64,000 nucleotides of DNA from Salisapilia sapeloensis CBS 127946 (lineage: Eukaryota > Protista > Oomycota): NCBI GenBank assembly GCA_023334545.1, contig JAADVB010000049.1, positions 28,092 through 92,091 of the forward strand, read 5' to 3'. Of this stretch, positions 11,552 through 22,789 are shown piece after piece. The notes under the pieces were generated by a model. That model searched no databases. It had not been told where the DNA came from and saw only the letters and a list, made by a program, of their open reading frames with translations. Position 1 is the stretch's first letter. Every line of letters begins with the position of its first letter. A program made the translations under genes and the position numbers.

Positions 11552-13412
11552 ATGGAGAGTGCTCCGAATCGAATGCTTCTCGAGGTATGGACTATTGTAG
11601 ATCAAAACATCTAATGTACATTTCTGCACGTACTATATGTTATGATGAATACTGTAATTGGAACAATAAATGGAATGACTGAATGAATGGCACTATTTAA
11701 TTAGCGCATTCGCGAAACCAAGGACTCGATTGCAGCATTACAGCAACAAGTTAACAAGTACGATGACCTTGCCGATACGCTGAAAGAGCTACCTGACAGA
11801 CTGCAACACACGGTCATGGTACGATCCTTTAAGACTATTGGAGTATTGCTCGAGTGAATTTATCATTCTTGTCGTGGCAGGTACCAATGGGCAAGAGAGC
11901 CATGATGCCAGGAAAGATAGTGCGATCGAATGAGATCCTCGCGCACTTGGGCGACGAGTACTTTGCCTGGGAGTCTGCGTCTCGATCTATCGCCATCGTC
12001 GACCGAAAGAAAGAGAGTAGGCTTAATCCCTTTTCTACAATTGCCGGGGTCTTCTATAACCGCTAATGGAAATTCGTAGCTCTAACGAAAGCGATCAAAC
12101 TGCAGCAAGAATCTCTTGACTCCATCTCATCTACTCAAACGGAATCCAACGAACTTTTGAATGCTAAAAAGGTACGTGATGTAGATCATTTTACAAGCAT
12201 TATCCTCTATTCTCACGACGTCCGGTAGATGTATGAAGCTGAGGGTATCCGGGAGATCACTGAATCTGAAGAAGAAAGCAACAAGATGGCTGTATCTCGA
12301 GCTACACAAGATGGTACCTCGACCACTTCCATTAAACGTATCATACACTTTCTAATCCGTCGTTCAAACAGACATGAACGAGTACTTTGAAATGGAAGAG
12401 GAAGAACGGAAGAAACAGGAGAAGACAGCATGGGACTGGGACGACGTGATGCGTCGGATGGAGGCGTTGGAAGCGGCCGAAGAGCGTGGTGAGAATGAGC
12501 CTTCCATAGAAGAAGAGTCAAAAGGCCACGTCAGTGCCGAAGCCCAAGCCACTAAGCTCAAAGCTGACGGTAACAGCGCCTTTGCTAAACACCAGTACAG
12601 TCGGGCTGTCGAACTGTACACTCAAGCCATCGCTTTCGACGCTTCTTCCCACGTACAAAGGATTTTTCGTATGCTTTCTCCCATCAGAATTCTCACCCGC
12701 TCTTGTAGATTCTCTTCGGCAATCGAGCCGCAGCGTATCAGCGACTGAAAGAGTATAGCAAAGCCCTGAAGGATGCTTCGGAGGCTGTGAAACTAAAAGA
12801 TGACTGGGTCAAGGTACTTGTCTCCCTCTAGACATTCCTCTTAGCGAGGTTTCTAACGATAAAGCAGGGTCACTACCGACGTGCTGGTGCTCTCGCATCA
12901 CTCGGGCGCTACAAGGAAGCAGCTGATGCGTACGAACGTGCGCACAGTCTCAATCCAAGTGATAACAAGCTTTCAAACCTAGCGCTAGAGATGCGAGCAA
13001 AGGTGGTACCTCCTACCGCCCAGCAACCACAACAGCAGAGCTGTCCGACACCTCCTTCCGCATCGAGTTTCGCATCCGTCACGGAAGCGACATCTGACCT
13101 ACCGACGAACACATCCTCCTTTGCGTCCAAGCCTCTATCGTCCTCGACGGCAGCGTTCTCAGGAAGTATCATGGAAAAAGAGATCCAGGAGAAAGCTCCT
13201 CCATCTGTCGAGCCTAGCAACGACAGCACTCGCCCAACGTCTCGTTTCCTAGGCACCAGTCGATCCGGAGAAAGCTTATCGCTCGAACCTGTTGGAGAAG
13301 CTGTACGTCATCTAATTTTTACTAGTATACACGTAGCCTAACGATACGATGGTAGGAACCTGTGCAACGCGTCTCTCGATTCAAAGCAGCAAGAGCAGCT
13401 AGAAAGAACTAG
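11552..13412 (+). CDS. URI1: Unconventional prefoldin RPB5 interactor (URI/Bud27-like) with an inserted 3-repeat TPR domain; multi-exon
   Basis: Spliced: MESAPNRMLLE|RIRETK..LPDRLQHTVM|VPMGKRAMMPGKIVRSNEILAHLGDEYF (prefoldin-alpha hairpin); acidic linker; TPR KADGNSAF..LFGNRAAAY..WVK|GHYRRA; C-terminal RVSRFKAAR URI box; TAG at 13410-13412. Confidence 0.85.
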
Positions 13413-13449
13413 AGCAAAGAAACATGGTATTCGAACGAAAAACCTAGGA

Positions 13450-14969
13450 CTACCAGTCTCCTGTGAAAGCAGCCTCGCTCTCTTGTTCCATACGTCGCTT
13501 GTCCTTGGCAGCACCAACGACCTGTTTGAGCATCGTCGACTCGAACAACTTGACCGACTGTCCCATCGACGTCTTGTCCCATGCTATTTCATACAGCATT
13601 AGATTCTCCTAATTATGACCTCACTCTTATCGAAAAACCTACCAGCCTTGTCTCCACTCGCTTCGTTCAGCTCTTCCTGCAACTGACCGAGCGTCGGGAC
13701 TGTAAACGGATTAAAGTCTTCCACTGTGTCAGCATCGAGCGGCACACAGACTCTTCCTGTCTTTGGATGGACAGCAAAAGGGCTTTTCAGAAGATGGTTC
13801 CGTTGCTTGGACACGTTCGCATCCAGACGAGGGTATAAATACGCCAAGACAATCTCCTGCACGCACGTACGCAAATCTGCTAGTGCTGCTCTGCGACTAG
13901 CATCTTGCTGCTGATTCGCACCACGCTTGCGTCCTAAAGCATTGTTTCCTCTCGAGATGGCATTATTCACGCTATCTACTAGCTGCTCCCACTTTTCTTC
14001 CGGAGAAGAAGTGCAGGTAGGTACAGTCCATTTTTGCTCTAACTGACGACGTAAATCGTCATCTGGGATCATGTCCAGCAAAGGTTTCCATCTCTTCTCT
14101 TCCATTAAGACGCCCAGACCGTCTTCCTTGATGACCAAGTCCACAAACAGCGGCTCGATGATCTGATACGCTCGACTATTCCATCTCTCGTCATGTACTA
14201 CTCTTATTACAATAAGCAAGCAAGACATACTTTAAAGAAGGATGGAGGGGCTGCTGAAGACGCACTTTGCGTCGTGTGTTCTCACTGGCTTCTACTAGCG
14301 ACAAGTACTGCGTGACGGCTGAACGAGCTTCGTCCGTGAGGTTACGAGCTGCTTCATCCGAGACCCAGCAATGGATACCTCGACGACCAGAGTAGACCCA
14401 CATGAGCTGCTGGAAGCCAAAGTCTTGTCGAAGAGATGCTTCCATGACTTTGACGGCAGGGATCATGAGTTTCCAACATCTGGAGCAGATCGCAGCTCCC
14501 TGGCAGCACGTACGCACGTCGTCGTAATCCGTAAGATCGATATCAAACACCAGCTCTCGCTGCTCTGGTACGAACTCGGAAGAGTTCACTTTGCCTTTCT
14601 CGGCCGGAGACACAGAGAACACGGCGCCAATATCGATCTTGAATGGCAGCATCTTGATCATACTCGTCCGCATCTCGGCAGCAGTGTGGAACGATTTAAA
14701 ACGGATGTAAGTATCATCCTCGAGTGTAAACGACAGCTCTCGTCGGTGAAAAAAATCTGTGTCTGAAGCATATTAGAAGCAAGATGACAGAATCGATGTG
14801 AAAAGCTAGAGTACCTCCATCATACGACAGCCACTGCACCATTTGCTCATACGGAAAGAGCCGATCTATCTCAGGCATCAGTATACATACAAATAACTTT
14901 TTAACGGGCACTAATAACACCATAATAGAGCTGTAGAAGCTCTGGAGAGAACACCTCTTCATTCCCCAT
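13450..14969 (-). CDS. PRIM1: DNA primase small (catalytic) subunit
   Basis: Spliced start MGNEEVFSPELLQLYY|DRLFPYE; motifs KIDIGAVF, RELVFDIDLTDYD, WVYSGRRGIHCWV, YPRLDANVSK..HLLKSPFAVHPKTG; last exon ends AAFTGDW*. Confidence 0.95.
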
Positions 14970-14989
14970 TTTAGTTGATCACCTTGTTG

Positions 14990-15000
14990 TTTGGCGGGAA
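14990..15000 (-). promoter_or_regulatory. E2F-like site TTCCCGCCAAA about 21 nt upstream of PRIM1 ATG
   Basis: Plus strand reads TTTGGCGGGAA, matching the WTTSSCSS E2F consensus. PRIM1 is a classic E2F target class in animals and plants; function here is inferred. Confidence 0.5.
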
Positions 15001-15170
15001 CGACTGTCTCATAATACACTCCACCTCAATGACCCAGCCATGCTTTTCCATGCAAACAGTATACTGAACCACTCTTTCTTTTTATCCAATCCGAAACACT
15101 CGCGCGAAGACATCCATACGCTCATTGGATATTATTGACTGGTGGAGATGACCTTGACACTTCGATAGCA

Positions 15171-15188
15171 TCTCATTCCCCAAGTTAC
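15171..15188 (+). promoter_or_regulatory. Oomycete Inr/FPR-like core promoter of RPS8
   Basis: TCTCATTCCCCAAGTTAC lies about 20-35 nt upstream of the ATG and resembles the GCTCATTYBNNNWTTY oomycete core promoter. Confidence 0.35.
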
Positions 15189-15206
15189 CGTCGGACTGCG
15201 AAAAGC

Positions 15207-16045
15207 ATGGGTAAGTGCTTGTTGCTTGATCCGGTTCGCAGAGGCCGCTTTCATAAGTGTGCCGCGGTTGGAGCGTAAGCTTCACACCGCTCCCGCCCGA
15301 TCACTGCTGTTTCCGCTTTCGTGCAGCATTCGATCTGGGGTCTGGAGGCTCTGCTTTATAAAAACCTATGAGGTTTATTCCCTCAACGTCTACTAGAAAA
15401 AGCTCGTACTAAACGTATAACTTAGGTATCTCTCGTGATTCGCGCCACAAGCGCCGTGAAACCGGTGGCAAGCGTCGCCAGTACCGTAAGAAGCGAAAGT
15501 TCGAAATCGGCCGTCAGCCGGCCAACACCAAGCTCGGACACAAGCGTGTGCACGCCGTCCGCGTTCGTGGTGGTCACTACAAGCAGCGTGCCCTTCGTCT
15601 GGACACCGGTAACTTCTCCTGGGGTACCGAAGTCGCCACCAAGAAGACGCGTATCTTAGATGTCGTCTACAACGCTTCCAACAACGAGCTCGTCCGTACC
15701 AAGACGCTCGTCAAGGGTGCCATCGTTGTGATCGATGCTACGCCGTTCCGTCAGTGGTACGAGACCCACTACGGCGTCAAGATCGGTACCAAGAAGGCCT
15801 CGGAGCGTGGTGCTGCCACCGAAGAGTCCGGCAAGAAGAGCGACCACGTCCAGCGTAAGCTCGCCCAGCGTCAGCGTGAACGCGTCGTCGACTCCAAGAT
15901 CGAGGACCAGTTCGCTTCTGGCCGTCTCTTGGCCTGCATCTCGTCTCGCCCTGGCCAGTCTGGCCGTTCGGACGGTTACATCCTTGAAGGCCGTGAGCTT
16001 GAGTTCTACCAGCGTAAGCTCGCCACCAAGAAGTCCAAGAAGTAG
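15207..16045 (+). CDS. RPS8: 40S ribosomal protein S8 (eS8); ATG G|GT split by 215-nt intron 15211-15425
   Basis: Spliced [39 protein letters not shown]; [36 protein letters not shown]; strong C/T third-position bias. Confidence 0.97.
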
Positions 16046-16215
16046 AGTAGGTATCTACCACGATTTTCTTGTCACGACGGGGTTATCTTTGAAAAAATCA
16101 AAAGAATACAATTTGGTTTTTTCAAGAATTTGTTGCAATACATTACTTTTCTATTGGCTGAAATCCGTTTTATATGATCATGATTGGGTGGATCTGAGTC
16201 TGTTTGGACAAACGA

Positions 16216-16233
16216 TTGCATTCGTATTTTTGC
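16216..16233 (+). promoter_or_regulatory. Inr/FPR-like element upstream of chorismate synthase
   Basis: TTGCATTCGTATTTTTGC ends 10 nt before the ATG at 16243 and resembles the oomycete Inr plus CAWTTTNYY flanking element. Confidence 0.3.
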
Positions 16234-16242
16234 TGCATACCC

Positions 16243-17665
16243 ATGAGTACCTTTGGCCGTGTCTTCCGAGTTACCACGTACTACTCTTGTATCCTCCATC
16301 TCTACTCTCAAACTAATCAGTTCATCTAGTTTCGGTGAATCCCATTGCAAAGGCGTTGGCGCCATTGTCGATGGCGTGCCTCCGTGCTTGGACCTGACCG
16401 AGGCAGACCTCCAGCCACAGCTCACTCGCCGTCGTCCTGGTCAGAGCAAATTGACCACGCCGCGTGATGAAAAAGATAATGTCTCGATCCTCAGTGGCAC
16501 TGAACATGGACGTACGCTCGGTACGCCCGTCTCGCTTTTCGTAGCCAACGAAAATGTCCGTCCCAAGGACTATAGCGAGATGGACCAAGTGCCTCGTCCA
16601 GGCCACGCCGACTACACGTACCAGATGAAGTACGGTACGCGAGCAGCCAGTGGTGGCGGTCGTGCCAGTGCGAGAGAAACCATTGGTCGTGTTGCGGCCG
16701 GTGCTATTGCCGAAAAGTGGCTGGGACAGCAGTACGGGACCGAAGTCGTCGCGTGGGTGAGTGCCATTGGCGACACGGAGATGCCAGAGACGGAACTGAA
16801 CAACCCCGCCACGGCACCCACGTACACACGAGAGGACGTGGACAACATCGGAAGCATCCGTATCCTACGCGATCCGAGCGTCTGGACCAAGGTCGATGCA
16901 GAGGACCCAGACTACGCCACCAAGCAGGCCGAGAGCGACTTGGAGTACGAGAAGAAGTTCGTCTACAGTGATGACGTCACGACACCTGCGTACATCGACC
17001 CGAACCAAGTCGTGTACAACCGCAATGGCGCTCCAGTGGACGCTCCATCCGACCTAGAAGCGTGGCTCACGGACGATCTCGTGCCAGTGCGCTGCCCTGA
17101 CGCTCCGTCTGCCTGTGCGATGGCCACCAAGGTGCGTGGTGTCAAGCTCGAGCAAGACTCGATCGGTGGCGTCGTTACGTGTGTCATTCGTAACGTCCCG
17201 GTTGGCCTCGGTGAGCCTTGCTTTGACAAGATGCAGGCGACGTTGGCCCATGCCATCATGTCGCTGCCAGCTACGAAGGGCTTTGAGATCGGTTCTGGCT
17301 TCCGTGGCACCAAGAAGCGTGGTTCCCAGCACAACGATCCGTTCTGCAAGTCGGATGAAGAAGGCAAGCTGAACGTCACCAAGAACGATGCTGGTGGTGT
17401 CCTCGGCGGTATCACCAGCGGCGCAGACATCTACTTCCGTGTGGCGATCAAGGCCGTGTCGACTATCAGCCAAGCGCAGAAGACGGCGACATACGATGGA
17501 CAGGAGACGGTATTGGAAGCCAAGGGCCGTCACGACCCGTGCGTCTTGCCTCGGGCTGTGCCGCTCGTGGAGGCCATGGCATCTCTGGCGATTGCCGACG
17601 CTGCAATGGTCCAATTGTCGCGAGAAGGCAGTGTCCAGGCGCCGAGCAAGAAGAGGAAGCTTTAG
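16243..17665 (+). CDS. ARO2: Chorismate synthase with ~80-aa insertion (intron 16278-16329)
   Basis: Spliced MSTFGRVFRVT|TFGESHCKGVG; RRRPGQS, PRPGHAD, GGRASARET, DSIGGV, GSQHND, GGVLGGIT, GRHDPCVLPRAVP signatures. Confidence 0.96.
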
Positions 17666-17708
17666 ATTTTCGTACAACAAACATGAAAAGATGGTAGAAA
17701 CATTAGAG

Positions 17709-18443
17709 TTACATTGCTGCATCGTAGACTGGAGTCTCTTGCGGAGGTACGTGAGACACTAGGAGGTTATCTAGTGTACTTCCATCCACCTCCCTCTTTC
17801 TTTCCAACTCCTCTTGGAGATGATCATAGTACTTCATGTCGTCAAAGGCGCTAGACAAAGTCGGGAAGGAGAGAAACTGGTCGAGGAATAACTGCGCTTC
17901 TTGAAACGGCACTTCTTCACAGTCCCGACAGCTCGTGATCGACTTCTTCGTCGGTGTATTGCTCATTTTGATGCTTGTCAAGGCATGATTCGGGACGTCT
18001 TTAACGAGCAACCAGTCGAGATGGAAGACGCCAGTGTACTTTTGCTTCTCCCACAACGCAAATTGTTTGCTCTGATCTACGCTGGACGTCATGCGTGCAA
18101 TGCCATTAAAGTGTCGACTGTCACAGACGCTAAAGAAGAGCAGGATGGGTCGCACGGCGGCCAAGTCACTATTAAATGCAGCATCTAATATTGCATTATG
18201 TGACTCTGTACTAGCCCACACGCCGTACTTGAGACTCTTATGCAGATTCGCTTCGCTAAACGACTTGAGTACAAAACATCGGCACGTCGCTGGTGTCCGG
18301 AACATATTCCGTACCAGTCCATCATTCCTTTTATTCAACACGACCGCATTGGTATCCACTTGGTGCTCTTCCTTATCTTCCAAATACCGCGGAGCCCACA
18401 CAACCTTCCGCTTCCGTCGTCGATGCCTCCGCTCGCCACTCAT
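17709..18443 (-). CDS. YTH-domain m6A RNA reader
   Basis: CFVLKSFSEANLHKSLKYGVWAST, LFFSV..HFNGIARM, WEKQKY, DWLLVKDVP, SCRDCEEV; basic RRHRRRKRK N-terminus; ATG at 18443. Confidence 0.9.
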   Translation of the reverse strand: MSGERRHRRRKRKVVWAPRYLEDKEEHQVDTNAVVLNKRNDGLVRNMFRTPATCRCFVLKSFSEANLHKSLKYGVWASTESHNAILDAAFNSDLAAVRPILLFFSVCDSRHFNGIARMTSSVDQSKQFALWEKQKYTGVFHLDWLLVKDVPNHALTSIKMSNTPTKKSITSCRDCEEVPFQEAQLFLDQFLSFPTLSSAFDDMKYYDHLQEELERKREVDGSTLDNLLVSHVPPQETPVYDAAM

Positions 18444-18718
18444 CGATGTCTGCCGTGTCACTACTAGACCGAGATCCTTCACACCTCCGATAAAGAATGA
18501 TCATGGTAAACAATCTACCCGATTCTAAATTATCATTTATAGCAGTTTATCATATACTGCATCTCGTATGTAAGCTATTATTCATCAAGAAGGTGTTAAA
18601 TTTTATGACTTCTTGCAATATATAAATCTAGAAAGGATCATGTATAGCAGGTGTGACTGTAAAATTCTACCACGTGTTCATATCTCAATCTGCGCCGGAA
18701 GACGGAAGCATTGCCACG

Positions 18719-19330
18719 ATGAACCGCTTCTCGATGCTCGTACTAGCCTTTACGGCTTTCTTTGCCGTCGCTCTCGGCTCGAACGTCGTGGAGCTCAATG
18801 AAGACAACTTTGAAAAGCAGACGCAAGCAGCCTCTGGATCCACCTCTGGCGACTGGTTCGTCAAGTTCTACGCGCCATGGTGCGGACACTGCAAGCGCCT
18901 CGAACCGACGTGGGATGAACTCGCCGATGAGCTCAAGGGCAAGGTCAACATCGCCAAGGTCGATGTCACCCAGAACGGCGACCTCGGCAAGCGCTTTGGC
19001 GTCCGTGGATTCCCTACGCTCCTCCACTTCCACGACGGAAACTACTACAAGTACCAGGGCAAGCGTGAACTCAACGAGCTCAAGAGCTTTGCGGAAGGCA
19101 AGTTCAACGAACTCTCGTCTGCTGTCAAGGTCCCGGGTGAGCCATCTCCCATGGACGAAGTCGTCGCGCACGTCAAGGCGCTGCAGAACGACTTTGTGAC
19201 GCTCTTGGCGTCCAAGAAGAACGTGCTGGCCGTCACGTTCGGCGCCGGGTCGCTCTTCGGCATGATCCTCGCTGCGCTCTGTGGCTGCTGCTCTGGCCGT
19301 AGCCAGGCGCCCAAGACCAAGACCGCCTAA
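18719..19330 (+). CDS. ER thioredoxin/PDI-like protein with signal peptide and C-terminal TM helix (TMX-like)
   Basis: Signal peptide MNRFSMLVLAFTAFFAVALG; WFVKFYAPWCGHCK; GFPTL; C-terminal hydrophobic segment then basic tail. Confidence 0.9.
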   Translation: MNRFSMLVLAFTAFFAVALGSNVVELNEDNFEKQTQAASGSTSGDWFVKFYAPWCGHCKRLEPTWDELADELKGKVNIAKVDVTQNGDLGKRFGVRGFPTLLHFHDGNYYKYQGKRELNELKSFAEGKFNELSSAVKVPGEPSPMDEVVAHVKALQNDFVTLLASKKNVLAVTFGAGSLFGMILAALCGCCSGRSQAPKTKTA

Positions 19331-19391
19331 GGTGGAAGACGAAAACAATTCTAACAAACATGAAAACTTTGATCCAAGTAGAAAAGTATAA

Positions 19392-21704
19392 TTAGGTCGA
19401 TGCATGTAGCGCGGAGAAGCTGTACTTAAGCTCGAGACTCTCGAACAATGCGTCTTCCACGCCAGCGTAGCTCTCCAGCATCTCCTCGACACGAGGCAGC
19501 TCGGCCGGATCCTTCTCCTGAAGATACGCCACTAGTCTCCTCCTGTACGGATTCTCTTTCGCTCGAGGTTTTCCATTCAACAAGGCGATGTCATCTGCGT
19601 TTAACGTATACGCCACGCCTTCCTTGTCCTCCGACTTTGGTGGACGCTCTGGTGGCGTCGAATCGTCCACGAGGTTCCGGATCTGACTGAGCAAGAGTTC
19701 GTTCTGTCGTTTCAACCGTCGATTCACCATACGTGCCTCATTCGCCTCCGCCGCTGCAGCTGCCACTTGACTCTCCGTCTGCGACTTCATGTTCTTGATC
19801 TCGGCCACGAGGACCTTCTTCTGACTCCGATACTTTAGCAGCGCTTGCTGCAGTTGGTTCCTCTCCTGCGTCTCATCCTCATACCGTTTCTTTGCCTCAG
19901 CCATCTCCTTGGCAATCTTCTCCAATCGAGTCGATGTGCCTGTCAGTCGATTCGCGAGAGGGTACCCTAGCTCTGCTCTCAGTCGCAAGACCGACGCTTC
20001 TGCTTGACTCAATTCGTTCTCTAGTTCCTCCTTCTTCCCAGCCTCCAAGTCCGTTCGAGGCGTATCGTCTTCATTCTCCCACGCGTCCTGCATCTCCCAT
20101 CGATGCTTCTCCTCTAGTAACTGATCTCGTTCTTCCTGGATGGCGCCCCAGGCCTCTCGCTCACGTTGCATCCGGTCGATGTCTCCCTGGACATTCGACA
20201 GCTCAAGCGTCTTACTCTGCAGACTAGCCGCCATGGCCTCCTTCTCCGCCTCGAGCGCATGTACCTTGTCCATGGCATCATCCCTCTCCTTTGTAGCTGC
20301 ATGCAGTCCGTCCTGTAGCTCTTCGACACGCTCCAGGAGCTGCATGTTGAGTCCATTTAGCTCTTCCAGGAGACTCTTAGCTTGGTTTTCATCCGGAAGC
20401 GCATCACTTGGCAATTGCTCTTCGTCTGGTAGAGTAGATTGCGAGCCGAAGAGATATGGCAAGAGACTTCCAGCAGCATTGATAGGAGGTGCCATGATCC
20501 AATCGTTCACGACGGATGGGAGGTAGTTTTGAAAAGATAAGAGAGACGCTGCATCTTGTTCGTTCGAAAGAGTGAGGTCCGTCGGGGAGTGGGATACGGT
20601 ATCGAATGCTTCACCAGTGAACTTGGATGCTTCCTCTGCTTCTGCATAGGCAGCAGCTGCAGCAGACGCAGAGGTCATGATGTCTCTATCGACCACTTGA
20701 ACCTGATACACGATACTCTTTCCACGGATACGAGAGTACGTGTTGTCCCATCGGAGCTGGATCGTACCACTGCCAGGCGCTTTAAACATACCTACCAGCC
20801 CACCATCAGACTACAACACTTCTATACATAGAGAGGGTAGAACCTTGGAAGGAAGGGTCGTGGTCGGATGGAATGCACTTGCGTTTACTCTGGACGACGA
20901 TCTCTTCGTAGTCGTAGGTACTATCGTTATCCTCCTGTGCCTTAGCCTCGTCTATTTCTTCCGAGACGGATGTATCGGTTTTCTTGGGGTAGAATAGAAC
21001 GCTAAAGTCAATGTCATATCCCTCCACTTCGAACTTCCAGATCACGAATTGACCTGCCTGTTGGACATCTACCGTCACGTCATGTTCAGACGCTCGAGAG
21101 ATGTAGGTCTTTTCCGATGAGAATGGCTGGAGGATGAATTCAATCGCAGTCATGTCCGATCGACGGCGATCGCGTGTGTCATGCTCATCGATAAATGTCT
21201 TCCAGTCCGTATGATACCGCATCACTTCTGCTTGACCTATGCTACCAAGTTACCACTGCTCTATGTAGCTGCATGCGTTAGAAAGATACCAGCCAAGTAG
21301 TTGGACATGTCAGTACACCATTGTGCCATCGCGACGTCATCGTCGCTCTTATTCACTGGGAACTCTGGCACCTGCACGACCTTGTCGTCCATATCTGTCT
21401 CCATTTGTGCCCAACTCACAAGCAAAGCCTCGAGCTCTGCAACCGACCGACGGATCGTATACGATCTAGAGTCTTTCGATACCACCAACTCTGCTTCCCA
21501 CGCACTTAGTCCCTTCTTCTTCGCCGTCTCGAGCGCTTGTTGGAATCTCCCATCTTGCAAGTCAATCTCCACTCGCTCCTCCTCTGCTTTCTCGACACTC
21601 GTAACGACCACATCCACCAACATATCGGACTCACTCTCTTCCGAAGAAGACTCCAACATCGGTGGTGCCTCCGCCTCGCTCGACACCTCTTCGTCGTCCG
21701 TCAT
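19392..21704 (-). CDS. PX-like + two GOLD domains + coiled coil + C-terminal YRRRL..ELKY helical domain (multi-exon)
   Basis: ORFs 21261-21704, 20806-21225 and 19392-20789 are collinear. GOLD motifs IWKFEVEGYDIDFSVLF and GTIQLRWDNTYSRIRGKSIVY; long heptad region. Confidence 0.7.
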
Positions 21705-21796
21705 TCGGCGTCTGTTTTTCTTTTACGAAATTGACTGCGTTTTTCTATACGCTCAATTTCTTTTCTTCTTCGCTCCAACAAACAACCAAGCGAAAG

Positions 21797-22789
21797 ATGG
21801 AAGCCGAGGAGGGCGGACGTGCGGCCGATGGCCGACAGCACGCGAGTCGCACGGCGACTTCGACGACGGCGGCGACGGCCCCACCATCCGATGTAGCTGT
21901 CGTCGGCGTAACGGGCGTCTCGACGACGTCTGTACTCGGTGAAGGCGCCACCAATGGCGTCGAACCAACCGACATGAGCGACAGATCACCTGTCGTGGCA
22001 CCGACCAGAAGCTCTACGCCCATACCCAACGCCATTCGGAACGAACTCGTGACGCAAATGTATGTCTACTAGCATGCTCTTTATTTCGCTTTAAGTATAC
22101 ATGGGTTAACCTCGTCACTCGTCAGGATGGTCGAGCTCCGCCGCATCACAGGACTAGACGACACGCGTCACTTGCGTCGCTGTGCCTCGAGATACGAAGC
22201 TTCGGTCTGGAAGAAGTGCACGTCTCGACTGCAGTACATGCAGCGTCTAGAAAGTCGCATCCAGTCTCTCCGTCGCCACTCTCCAGGAGACGCCAAGGCC
22301 ATAGCCAACGTCCCGACAGAGACGTATCAGCCTCTCCCAGGTCCGCAGACTAGATCTCGCACTCGACGCGCGATGAAGCAGCAGCGCCAAGTACGACCGT
22401 CGAACGTTTCCACTGAGCTGCAGTACTTTGTCCGGCTGCGTGACATGCAGACGAGGTACCGAGACGAAGTAGCGCTCGTCTTCCGGGAGCTCTGTCGAGT
22501 AAACACGGTCATCCAGCACTCTGCGTGCCTCCGTCGGCACGACTCGAACAACCTTGGCGACTTCTTGGCCAATCTCAAGAAGATAATTTATTTGCTAGAG
22601 CAGCGGCCAGGAGAATTGGGTGGGATCATCCCGCCGCGCAAGCGTACGCTCGAGTACCTCGAAGTCCTCGAGACGCACATCCAGCGCAAGGTGCTTCCGA
22701 TTTTGGAGCGACTGCGACACACGTACTCGAGCATTTTGCGTCCGATCGTCTTGAACTACCTTCGCCACTCGCCACGCTTCTCTCGCTAG
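21797..22789 (+). CDS. MED15-like protein: KIX-like domain plus second helical domain (intron 22060-22125), ~308 aa
   Basis: IRNELVTQM|MVELRR..RRCASRYEASVWKKCTSRLQYMQRLESRI resembles the MED15 KIX fold. YFVRLRDMQTRY..LKKIIYLLE..LETHIQRKV resembles the plant MED15 central helical region. Confidence 0.55.

Noticed and set aside
11642-11682. ATGATGA..CTGA (C/D-box-like) in the 120-nt URI intron 1
   Set aside because: Boxes are only ~30 nt apart with no terminal stem and no convincing rRNA-antisense guide; AT-rich chance match likely.
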